From: an uncultured Acidimicrobiia bacterium
GTDB lineage: Bacteria > Actinomycetota > Acidimicrobiia > Acidimicrobiales > CAIXPF01
Direction: 5' to 3'
Assembly: GCA_903921205.1 (NCBI GenBank)
Contig: CAIXPF010000139.1
Span: forward strand, 71,733 to 135,732
DNA length: 64,000 nucleotides
How positions within the stretch are numbered: position 1 is the first letter of the stretch; each line of letters begins with the position of its first letter. Below the pieces are notes generated by a model. The model had not been told where the DNA came from and did no database searches. It saw nothing but the letters and a program-made list of their open reading frames with translations. Positions 43,903 to 52,267 of this stretch are shown in pieces. The translations under genes and the position numbers were made by a program.

Positions 43903-44478
43903 TCAGTCGGTGACGTCGCCCGTCGCCGTGGCGGCGCGGGCCGGGAAGGTGGGGTAGTCCGTGCGGTCCTCGAGCGCTTCGGGCCCCTCGGTGGGCAGGG
44001 CCTCGTAGTGGCCGAGCGCCGCCCGCACGTCGCCACCCCACACCTCGACCGGCAGCTCGTAGAGCACCTCGATGCCGTTGCCGTCGGGATCGTTGATGTA
44101 GGCGCTGTGGGTCATGCCGTGGTTGCCGCGCAGGTGAAAGGTGACCTCGTTGGCCTGCAGATGGGCCAGTTGCGCCAGGAACGACTCGCGGTCGGGGTAG
44201 GCGATGGCGATGTGGTTGACACCCATCCGGCGGGCCGAGGGCCGCCAGCGTTGCGGCGCCGGTTCGGCCGGTGGCTCGGTGCACTGCATGATGGCGATGT
44301 CGTGGTGATGGCCCGGCCCGCTGCGGTAGAAGCGCATCTCGCTACCCAGCTGCACCGTGCTGACGAGCTCGAAACCCATCAGCTCGGTCCAGAACCGGTG
44401 CGAGCGTTCGATGTCGGCGACGTTGAGGACGAGATGGTTGACCCCCGCCGGGCGTTGTGCCTGCGTCGATCCGCTCAT
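43903..44478 (-). CDS. VOC (glyoxalase/extradiol dioxygenase fold) family protein
   Basis: VNHLVLNVADIERSHRFWTELMGFELV, VNHIAIAY and DPDGNGIEV are present. Confidence 0.8.
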   Translation of the reverse strand: MSGSTQAQRPAGVNHLVLNVADIERSHRFWTELMGFELVSTVQLGSEMRFYRSGPGHHHDIAIMQCTEPPAEPAPQRWRPSARRMGVNHIAIAYPDRESFLAQLAHLQANEVTFHLRGNHGMTHSAYINDPDGNGIEVLYELPVEVWGGDVRAALGHYEALPTEGPEALEDRTDYPTFPARAATATGDVTD

Positions 44479-44589
44479 GGGCGTTCCCCTTGCTCAGCCC
44501 GGCGCCCGCCGTTGCCGGGCGTCGGTCGCGTCCCGCACGGTAGCGCCGTCCGGGCCGGCTGCGCTGCCGGTCACGGTCCGGCCGGCGGG

Positions 44590-46128
44590 TCAGTCGGGGT
44601 GGCGGGCGAGCTCGGCGGTGGTCCAGAACCCGGCGGCCGGACGCCGTAGGGCCTTGCCCCGCCCGTAGTGCTGCAGACGGTCGCGTCCGGCCTCCGACAG
44701 CAGGTCCACGACGTCGAAGATCGTGTCGGGTCCCGCGGCGCGCAGCGCGGTGTCGCCCTCGCCCGGCCGACGGGGCAGCTCGGTGGTGAGCACCACCAGC
44801 GGGGTCTCGCCCCGGGCATGACGCAACGCCGCGGCCCGGCCGAGGGCCCGCCAGACCGTCTCGGTGCGTGAGAGCCCACCACGCCGGCTGGTGAGCGGAC
44901 CGGCCACGTCGAACAACCAGCGGTTGCCTGCGCCGTCGGTGGCCACGAGGTCGACGGCGACGCCGGTGCCGCGCATCCGCCGGGCCTCGTCGGTGACGGT
45001 GAAACCGGCCTCCGTGAGCACCTCGGCTGCGAGCTTGCGGGCCCCCTTGCCCTCGGCCAGGGCCGCGTCGCGCAGCCCGAGCGCAGCGCGCGGCGCGGCC
45101 GCGCCGGCGGTGTCGGTTCGGTTGCGGTCCGGTTCGTGCTGCGCGAACAGGCCGTCGGCGCCGTGCAGGGTCGATGCTGCGGTCGGCCCGGTCGCCGACG
45201 TCGGCAGGTGCGTGGTCGGCGCCTCCTCGGTCACCCGGCGACGGGCGATCTCGACGTAGGCCGGGTCGAGGTCGTAGCCGACGTAACGCCGGCCGAGCCG
45301 GGCCGCGGCCACCAGCGCCGAACCGCTGCCCATGAACGGGTCGAGGACGAGGTCCTCGGCGAAGGTGTAGAGCCGGATGAGTTGTTCGGGCAGTTCCACC
45401 GGGAACGGCGCAGGGTGGCCGACCCGGCGGGCACTCTCGGGCGGGATCGACCAGATGTCCAGCGTCAGCGCGAGGAAGTCCTCGGTGGGCAGGGTGTTGC
45501 GGTGGGGCAGTCCCTCCGCCGCGCGTTGGCGGACGGTGCGGGCCCGGTCGAAGCGGCCCTTGCTGGCCACGATGACCCGTTCGCTGATGTCGCGCAGCAC
45601 CGGGTTGGCGGCGCTGCGGAACGAGCCCCAGGCGCACGAACCGCTCGCCCCTTCGCCCTTCTGCCAGATGAGCTCACCGCGCAGCAGCAACCCGAGATCG
45701 TGCTCGAGGATGCGGATGACGTCGGCGGCGAGGCTGCGGTACGGCTTGCGGCCCAGGTTGGCGACGTTGACCGCGATGCGCCCGCCCGGTTCGAGCTTGC
45801 GGACGCATTCGGCGAACACGTCGGTGAGCATCTCGAGGTAGTCGAGGTAGGAGGACGGCACGCCTTCGCGTTCCAGTTCCTCCTCGTACTGCTTGCCGGC
45901 GAAGTACGGCGGCGAGGTGACGACCAACGCCACCGATCCGTCGGCGATGCGGTCCATGTGGCGGGCGTCGCCGCAGACGAACGGCTCGGCCACCGGGATC
46001 GGCGGGTGCACCGTGGAATCGTCGGAGAGGTCGGGAGCGCGGAAGCGGTCGTAGAACGGGGTGGCGTCGTGGCTCTCGCGGCCGCCCACCCCGAAGTTCG
46101 AGGTGGTGGTCCTGCGGCGCTGCTTCAT
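44590..46128 (-). CDS. Beta-class N4-C/N6-A DNA methyltransferase with ~200-aa C-terminal extension
   Basis: The catalytic motif IV (LVVTSPPYF) lies N-terminal to the AdoMet motif I (VLDPFMGSGSALVAAARLGRRYVGYDLD), which is the beta permutation. The C-terminal region (...GVAVDLVATDGAGNRWLFDVAG...) was not assignable. The start was taken at MKQRRRTT (46128). Confidence 0.85.
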   Translation of the reverse strand: MKQRRRTTTSNFGVGGRESHDATPFYDRFRAPDLSDDSTVHPPIPVAEPFVCGDARHMDRIADGSVALVVTSPPYFAGKQYEEELEREGVPSSYLDYLEMLTDVFAECVRKLEPGGRIAVNVANLGRKPYRSLAADVIRILEHDLGLLLRGELIWQKGEGASGSCAWGSFRSAANPVLRDISERVIVASKGRFDRARTVRQRAAEGLPHRNTLPTEDFLALTLDIWSIPPESARRVGHPAPFPVELPEQLIRLYTFAEDLVLDPFMGSGSALVAAARLGRRYVGYDLDPAYVEIARRRVTEEAPTTHLPTSATGPTAASTLHGADGLFAQHEPDRNRTDTAGAAAPRAALGLRDAALAEGKGARKLAAEVLTEAGFTVTDEARRMRGTGVAVDLVATDGAGNRWLFDVAGPLTSRRGGLSRTETVWRALGRAAALRHARGETPLVVLTTELPRRPGEGDTALRAAGPDTIFDVVDLLSEAGRDRLQHYGRGKALRRPAAGFWTTAELARHPD

Positions 46129-46367
46129 CACCCTCTCCCGTCCGGCACGGCCCCGCCATGCTAGCGGAGCCGTCCCGCCGGGTCGAACATACGCGCGCCC
46201 TCGATCCCCGGTGGGTTCGCCGGTGACCGGCCCCCGGGGTCCTGCCCGGGCCGCGCGGTCCGGGTCGCGCGGTCCGGGTCGCCGGTTACGACCAGGGCCG
46301 GTCGGGTATCCGCAGGGTGTCATCGACCGTCGGTGGTGCTCGAACGGCACGGAGGGGCGTGGCGGGC

Positions 46368-49300
46368 ATGCGCAGCTCCGAACGACGCACCCATCGACGC
46401 CTTGCCGTGGCGGTCTCGCTGGCGTTGGTGTTGTCGTTGCGCGTTGCCGGTGCCGCCGCGGCCGTGTCGCCGCCGGCCGGGTCAGCGGCTCCCGCGGCTC
46501 CCGCGACAGCTGCGAGCGGGCTCGTCGATGGCGCTCGCGACGTGGGCATCGAGGTGGGCAACGTGCTCAGCTTCGGCAACCCCTGTGTCGCCGATCTCGA
46601 TGGTGACGGGATAGACGACCTGGTCATCGATCGGCACAACAAGGCGTTGTGGGATGTGTATCTCGGGCGCGACGACGGCACGTTCGTGCCGATGGCGGGG
46701 CCACCGACGCGGCAGGCCGACATCCACGACTGCTCGGCTGGAGATTTCGATCGTGACGGCGACGTCGATCTGTACGCCTCGATCGGTGCCTGTGAGGGCA
46801 CCTGCGCCCGGACCGACGAGCTGTGGCTCAACGGTCCGGCGGAGTGGGTGCTGCGCAACGACCTCCTCGGCCCGAGAACCTATGACCGGGCCCGCGAGAC
46901 CGCCGTCGCCGACCTCGACGGTGACGGGTGGCTCGACGTGGTGGTGGTGGCGGCAGGCGGGGGCGTGGGCTCGCACCACACCATCTACTGGAACCAGGGC
47001 CGGGTCGGTGCCGTGTGGCAGGGCTTCGCGGCGCAGCCGATCGCCGATGGTTCCGGGCCGGTGGACGGTGTCACCGTCGCCGACGTCACCGGCGACGGTG
47101 CACCGGACGTGATCATCTGCCAGCGAAACGGACTCCTGCTGGCCGCGGCGCCCTCGTTCGTGCCCCTACCCCTCGGTGTGTCCGACGTGGTCGACGTGAT
47201 CGTCACCGACGACGGCCGGTGGCTGGTGACCCGGGACCGATCCTTCGAGATGTGGGATGCGAACCGCCACGTGACCGACTCCTGGCCGTTGGTGGCCGGC
47301 GCCGATGCCGCTCTGGTCGACTTCGACGGTGACGGGGTCGACGAGATCGTGGTGGTGCAGGGCACCTCGGGTCGTTCGCCCGATGATCCGGCGGCGCATT
47401 TCGTGTTGCAGGAGCACGGCGGGCAATGGGTTCGCGTTTCGATTCCGCAACCTGCGGTCGGAGCCGGTGCCCACGTCGCCCGGGTCGGCAACCGGGCACT
47501 CATCCTCAACGGCGGCATGGACCGCATCGCCTCGGTGTGGGATCGCATCGGGCCCCGACAGTTGCTCGCGCTGCCGGGTGTCGGCGTCGCCGTCGGCTCC
47601 CAGCCCCGGCCGACGCTGGCCGCCGGCGCCGATCATGCGTGTGCGGTGCGTGTCGAGGGGTCGGTGTGGTGTTGGGGTCGTGGTGGGTCGGGGCAGTTGG
47701 GTGATGGGGGGTTGGTCGATCAGGCCTCGCCGGTGCAGGTGGTGGGGTTGAGCGGTGTGGTTGCGGTGGCGGCGGGTGCCGATCATGCGTGTGCGGTGCG
47801 TGTCGAGGGGTCGGTGTGGTGTTGGGGTCGTGGTGGGTCGGGGCAGTTGGGTGATGGGGGGTTGGTCGATCAGGCCTCCCCGGTGCAGGTGGTGGGGTTG
47901 CGTGATGCCGTTGCGGTAGCGGCCGGGTCGGCGCACAGCTGTGCCTTGCGAACATACGGATCGGTACGTTGTTGGGGGGCGAATGCATCGGGCCAGCTCG
48001 GCGACGGCGGGACGACCCGTCGCGGGGTGCCGGTCGATGTCTCTGGCCTGGTGACTGCGTCCAGGCTCGCGGCCGGTGGCGATCACACCTGCGCGGTCCG
48101 CGACGGCGGAGCGGTGCGCTGCTGGGGCGACAACGACCAGGACGGGCTCGGGGTCGGCACGGGCAAGCCGTCAGCGGTCACCACCCCGACCGCGGTGGCC
48201 GGGCTGAGCGACAGCACCGGCCTCGGGCTGGGGCCCGGCGACTCCTGCGCCGTCGGCGGGGCGGGCACACTGAGCTGTTGGGGCCGCAACGACGACGGGC
48301 AGGTCGGCCCGACGGACGACGTCGTGGTGACCGAGCCCGCGGCGGTGGACGGGTTGAACGAGGTGGTCGTGGTTGCCGCCGGAGGGTCGCACACCTGCGT
48401 GTCGACCGGGGACGGAACGGTCTCCTGTTTCGGCGACGACACGTACGGCCAGCTGGGGCAGGGCGAACCGGCACCCGACCCGACAGGAACACACCCGGTC
48501 GCAACACCGCAGGTGGTGCGTGGCTTGACCGGGGTTGCCCTGCCCAGTCGGCTGCCGAGCGCACCCCGATCGGTGCGCGCCGCGGCCGGCCCGGGCCGGA
48601 TCGGCCTGTCGTGGCAGGCGCCGGTGGATGCAGGCAGCACGGCGATCGACGACTACGTGATCGAGGTCCGGGCCGTGGGCGACACCACCTGGCAGCGGGT
48701 CACGGACGGCACCGGCACGAGCCTGTCGGCGACGGTGACGGGGCTGGCCAACGGCGTGGCGTACCACGTCCGGGTCGCTGCGGTGGGTGCCCTCGGCCAG
48801 GGCATGTCGGCCACCGGCGCGACGGCGGTCACCCCGGCGACCGGCCCGCCACCGCCGGTCGGTCTGACCGGGGTTCGCGGGTACCGCCAGGCGGTGCTCA
48901 CCTGGTCGGCCCCGAGCGGGGTGAGCGGCGTGTCCGACTACGCGGTGCAGTACCGGGTGGTGGGCACCGGGATCTGGCAGAACGTGACGGACGGGGTGAG
49001 CGCGGCGACCGCGGCGACGGTGACCGGCCTGACGAACGACACGGCGTATCGCTTCCGGGTGGCGACGCGGGCCGGTGCAGAACAGGGCCCATGGGGTGAC
49101 CCCTCCGTGGTCGTGGTCCCGGCCGGGTCGCCCCCGGGCGTGCCCGGGCCGCCGTCGGGTCTGCGGGCGGCGGCCGGTGCGAACGCGGTCACGTTGAGCT
49201 GGTCGACGCCGAGCAGCGGTGGCACGGCGGCCGACTACGTGGTCCAGTACGCCGTGGTGGGCGGGATCACCTGGCGTACGTTCGCCGACGGGACCGGCAC

Positions 49301-49709
49301 AGCGACCTCGGCAACGGTGACCGGTCTGAGCGCCGGCAAGACCTACCGGTTCCGGGTGGCGGCGACCAACACGGTCGGACAGGGGCCCTGGAGTGCCGAC
49401 GTGCTCCTTGCGCTGGGCAGCGCCCGCCCGGGGACGCCCACCGGCTTGACCGCAGTGGCCGGGGCGCGAGCGGCGACGTTGCGTTGGACCGCTCCGTCGG
49501 GCGGCGTGGTGGTGAGCGACTACGTGGTGCAGTACGCGTTGGCGGGCGCTGCCACCTGGCGCACCTTCACGGACGGGGTGGGCACGGCGACCACGGTGAC
49601 GGTGACGGGCCTGACCACCGGCAGGACCTACCGGTTCCGGGTGGCCGCCAAGGCCGGCACCACCACCGGATCGTTCAGCGGGCTGTCCAACTCGGTCAAG
49701 GTTCGCTAG
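46368..49709 (+). CDS. Large secreted multi-domain protein: signal peptide, FG-GAP/VCBS-like repeats, RCC1-like repeats, four fibronectin type III domains
   Basis: The signal-like N-terminus is MRSSERRTHRRLAVAVSLALVLSLRVAGAAAA. Five DxDGDGxxD loops are present (ADLDGDGIDDLVI, GDFDRDGDVDLY, ADLDGDGWLDVVVV, ADVTGDGAPDVII, VDFDGDGVDEIVVV). About 7 RCC1-type blades follow (CWGxxxxGQLGDG). Four FN3 units follow (..LSWQAP...DYVIEVR...TVTGLANGVAYHVRVAA.. and similar). Confidence 0.85.
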   Translation: MRSSERRTHRRLAVAVSLALVLSLRVAGAAAAVSPPAGSAAPAAPATAASGLVDGARDVGIEVGNVLSFGNPCVADLDGDGIDDLVIDRHNKALWDVYLGRDDGTFVPMAGPPTRQADIHDCSAGDFDRDGDVDLYASIGACEGTCARTDELWLNGPAEWVLRNDLLGPRTYDRARETAVADLDGDGWLDVVVVAAGGGVGSHHTIYWNQGRVGAVWQGFAAQPIADGSGPVDGVTVADVTGDGAPDVIICQRNGLLLAAAPSFVPLPLGVSDVVDVIVTDDGRWLVTRDRSFEMWDANRHVTDSWPLVAGADAALVDFDGDGVDEIVVVQGTSGRSPDDPAAHFVLQEHGGQWVRVSIPQPAVGAGAHVARVGNRALILNGGMDRIASVWDRIGPRQLLALPGVGVAVGSQPRPTLAAGADHACAVRVEGSVWCWGRGGSGQLGDGGLVDQASPVQVVGLSGVVAVAAGADHACAVRVEGSVWCWGRGGSGQLGDGGLVDQASPVQVVGLRDAVAVAAGSAHSCALRTYGSVRCWGANASGQLGDGGTTRRGVPVDVSGLVTASRLAAGGDHTCAVRDGGAVRCWGDNDQDGLGVGTGKPSAVTTPTAVAGLSDSTGLGLGPGDSCAVGGAGTLSCWGRNDDGQVGPTDDVVVTEPAAVDGLNEVVVVAAGGSHTCVSTGDGTVSCFGDDTYGQLGQGEPAPDPTGTHPVATPQVVRGLTGVALPSRLPSAPRSVRAAAGPGRIGLSWQAPVDAGSTAIDDYVIEVRAVGDTTWQRVTDGTGTSLSATVTGLANGVAYHVRVAAVGALGQGMSATGATAVTPATGPPPPVGLTGVRGYRQAVLTWSAPSGVSGVSDYAVQYRVVGTGIWQNVTDGVSAATAATVTGLTNDTAYRFRVATRAGAEQGPWGDPSVVVVPAGSPPGVPGPPSGLRAAAGANAVTLSWSTPSSGGTAADYVVQYAVVGGITWRTFADGTGTATSATVTGLSAGKTYRFRVAATNTVGQGPWSADVLLALGSARPGTPTGLTAVAGARAATLRWTAPSGGVVVSDYVVQYALAGAATWRTFTDGVGTATTVTVTGLTTGRTYRFRVAAKAGTTTGSFSGLSNSVKVR
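47628..47927 (+). repeat. Near-identical 150-bp tandem duplication (one RCC1 blade duplicated)
   Basis: 47628-47750 and 47778-47900 are identical except for one base (47729 g versus 47879 c). The period is 150 bp, or 50 codons. Confidence 0.9.
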
Positions 49710-49756
49710 CGCTCGCGGCTCGTGACCGGCCCGGCCCCGGCCGCTACGTTCTGGGC

Positions 49757-51394
49757 GTGGACGATCTTCCTGGCAACCCGTTCGCGAGCGGGCTGGAACC
49801 CAACCCCGCCAACTCGCTGCCGCTCGACCCGACCAGCTTCCTGGTCCGCACCGCCGCGGCGTTCCCGACCCGCACCGCGGTGGTGCACGGTGACCGGCGC
49901 GTCAGCTACGCCGAGCTGCTCGAGCGGGCCACCCGCCTGGCGAGCGCATTGCACCGTCGGGGCATCGGCCCCGGTGACGTGGTGTCGCTGATGGCCACCA
50001 ACACCCCCGAGGCGGTCGAGGCCCATTACGGGGTGATCATGGCCGGGGCGGTGCTGAACCCGTTGAACATCCGGCTCGACCCGGCCGGGGTGGCGTTCAT
50101 CCTCGACCACGCCGAGACCAAGGTGCTGCTGACCGACAGCGAGTTCGCCCCGGTGGTGCGCGAAGCGCTCGGCCGCTGCGCCGGCAGCCCGCTGGTGGTC
50201 GACATCGTCGATCGGGTGCGCGGCCCGCAGCACGACCGGCTCGGCTCGCTCGACTACGAGCAGCTGGTGGCCGAGGGCGAGCCCCACGTGGTGTCGGCGG
50301 GGGTGTCCGACGAGCGGCAGGCCATCCTGCTGTCCTACACCTCCGGCACCACCGGCGATCCCAAGGGTGTGGTCAGCAACGCCCGGCAGGTGTACCTCAA
50401 TGCCCTGGGCCTGGTGGCCACCTGGGCGCTGCCGCGCCACCCGGTGTACCTGTGGACGTTGCCGATGTTCCATGCCGTCGGCTGGTGCGCGCCCTACGCC
50501 ATGGTGATCATGGCCGGGACGCAGGTCTGCCTGCGCAAGATCGATCCGCCGGAGGTGTTCCGGCTCATCGAGGAGCACGGCGTGACCCATCTGTGCGCCG
50601 CGCCGATCGTGCTGAACACCCTTTCGGGGGCGGTCGACGCCGATCGACCGGCGGTGTCGCACCCGGTGCACGTGCTGACCGCCGGGTCGGCCCCGCCGCC
50701 GAGCGTGCTGGCCAAGGCCGAGGCCCTCGGCTTCGACGTGCTGCACGTCTACGGGATGACCGAGACCGCCGGCGTGCAGGCCTACTCACCGTCGCAGCCA
50801 GGCTGGGACGAGCGCAGCGGCGACGAGCAGGCCCGCCTGCATGCCCGCCAGGGCGTGGCCATCGCCACCCTGCAGGGAGGGCTCATCGTCGGTGACCCCG
50901 ACACCACCGAGCCGGTGCCGCGCGACGGGCAGACGGTGGGCGAGCTGCTCATGCGCTCGAACACGCTGATGAGCGGCTACCTCAAGAACCCCCGGGCCAC
51001 CGCCGAGACCTTCCGTGGTGGCTGGCTGCACTCGGGCGACCTCGGCGTCTGGCATGCCGATGGGTATGTCGAGATCAAGGACCGGTCCAAGGACATCATC
51101 ATCTCCGGTGGGGAGAACATCTCGTCGCTCGAGGTGGAAGCGGTCCTCTACGACCACCCGGCCGTCGTCGAGGCTGCGGTGGTGGCCGCCGCCGACGAGA
51201 AGTGGGGCGAGACGCCCTGCGCCTTCGTGACGGTCGCTGCAGGAGCCCAGCTCGACGAGCAGGAGGTCATCGCCTTCTGCCGTGAGCGGCTGGCGCACTA
51301 CAAGTGCCCGACCCGGGTGGTGTTCACCGAGCTGCCCAAGACCTCGACCGGCAAGATCCAGAAGTTCGCACTGCGCGACCGGGCCAACGGCTGA
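49757..51394 (+). CDS. AMP-dependent acyl-CoA synthetase/ligase
   Basis: The AMP-binding motif LSYTSGTTGDPKGV is present, with YGMTET, GWLHSGDLG and the C-terminal PKTSTGKIQK. GTG 49757 was chosen because the upstream in-frame part overlaps the preceding gene. Confidence 0.85.
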   Translation: MDDLPGNPFASGLEPNPANSLPLDPTSFLVRTAAAFPTRTAVVHGDRRVSYAELLERATRLASALHRRGIGPGDVVSLMATNTPEAVEAHYGVIMAGAVLNPLNIRLDPAGVAFILDHAETKVLLTDSEFAPVVREALGRCAGSPLVVDIVDRVRGPQHDRLGSLDYEQLVAEGEPHVVSAGVSDERQAILLSYTSGTTGDPKGVVSNARQVYLNALGLVATWALPRHPVYLWTLPMFHAVGWCAPYAMVIMAGTQVCLRKIDPPEVFRLIEEHGVTHLCAAPIVLNTLSGAVDADRPAVSHPVHVLTAGSAPPPSVLAKAEALGFDVLHVYGMTETAGVQAYSPSQPGWDERSGDEQARLHARQGVAIATLQGGLIVGDPDTTEPVPRDGQTVGELLMRSNTLMSGYLKNPRATAETFRGGWLHSGDLGVWHADGYVEIKDRSKDIIISGGENISSLEVEAVLYDHPAVVEAAVVAAADEKWGETPCAFVTVAAGAQLDEQEVIAFCRERLAHYKCPTRVVFTELPKTSTGKIQKFALRDRANG

Positions 51395-51401
51395 GCTGCG
51401 C

Positions 51402-52232
51402 TCAGGCCGGCTCGCAGGGCAGCTGCACCACCAGCGCCTCGACGCCGCCGGTTCCGCTGACCGCGCTCTCCTCACCGCGCGCCGACCACATGGCGGTCCA
51501 GCGGGGACGGACCTTGCCGTCGGCTTCGAGGCCCTCGCCGAGGGAGAACACCAGCTGGGTCCGGTCGGGTCCGAGGCCCAGTACCCCGCCGTCGAGGCGG
51601 ACCCGGCTCAACGACACGTCGCGTTCGGTGAAGCTGCCGAGCCGCTTGCACTGCACCCGCGGGTCCTCGGCGAGCGGCGCCCAGTCGAAGGCATCGGGAT
51701 CGATCAGGATCGGGGCGGGGTAGCGGGGCCGGGGGTGGCGGATGGGCCGGCCCAACGCCTCGGTCCACACCGCGTCGACGGCGTCGCGGACCCGGGCCTC
51801 GCCGGTGGCGGGGTCGACGTCGTGGTAGTCGCCGCCCTCGAAGCGGCCGCGCGTCTCGAGTGCGGCATGGGCCCGCTTGTACTGGTCGGAGGTGAGGTAG
51901 TCGGTACCGAACTGCAGCAGCAGGATGACCCCACCCGACACCCGTTGCGGCCCGTAGGGCGCGCCGGCGGGGAAGTAGCTCAGCCAGCCCTCGGGCACCT
52001 CCTCGCCGGGCCCGTAGTTCAGGTCGCCGACCAGCGGGGCGCGGACCTGCTCGAAGGTGTGGTGGTGACGGGGCGTGACGAAGGCGTCCGCGTCGCTGCC
52101 GTAGCGGGTGAGGGTGAGGTTGTAGTTGACGCCGTCGGCAGAGCCACGACCCATCGGGATGACCTCGAGCGTGCCTTCGCGGGGGTGCTGATAGTGCTTC
52201 CAGCCGTGGTCCGACGCTTCGATGATCTGCAT
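51402..52232 (-). CDS. Hypothetical protein, possibly cupin-fold
   Basis: A 276-aa ORF with good GC3. The PRHHHTFEQV motif resembles a cupin metal site. No confident family assignment. Confidence 0.5.
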   Translation of the reverse strand: MQIIEASDHGWKHYQHPREGTLEVIPMGRGSADGVNYNLTLTRYGSDADAFVTPRHHHTFEQVRAPLVGDLNYGPGEEVPEGWLSYFPAGAPYGPQRVSGGVILLLQFGTDYLTSDQYKRAHAALETRGRFEGGDYHDVDPATGEARVRDAVDAVWTEALGRPIRHPRPRYPAPILIDPDAFDWAPLAEDPRVQCKRLGSFTERDVSLSRVRLDGGVLGLGPDRTQLVFSLGEGLEADGKVRPRWTAMWSARGEESAVSGTGGVEALVVQLPCEPA

Positions 52233-52267
52233 CGCGGGTGCGCTCCTGTCGGGTGTGCTGCGGGGGC

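Noticed and set aside
46061-46606. A 181-aa ORF spanning the methyltransferase/giant-protein divergent spacer.
   Set aside because: It overlaps the 5' ends of both flanking genes, has an Arg/Gly/Pro-rich composition and has no motifs. It is a shadow ORF.
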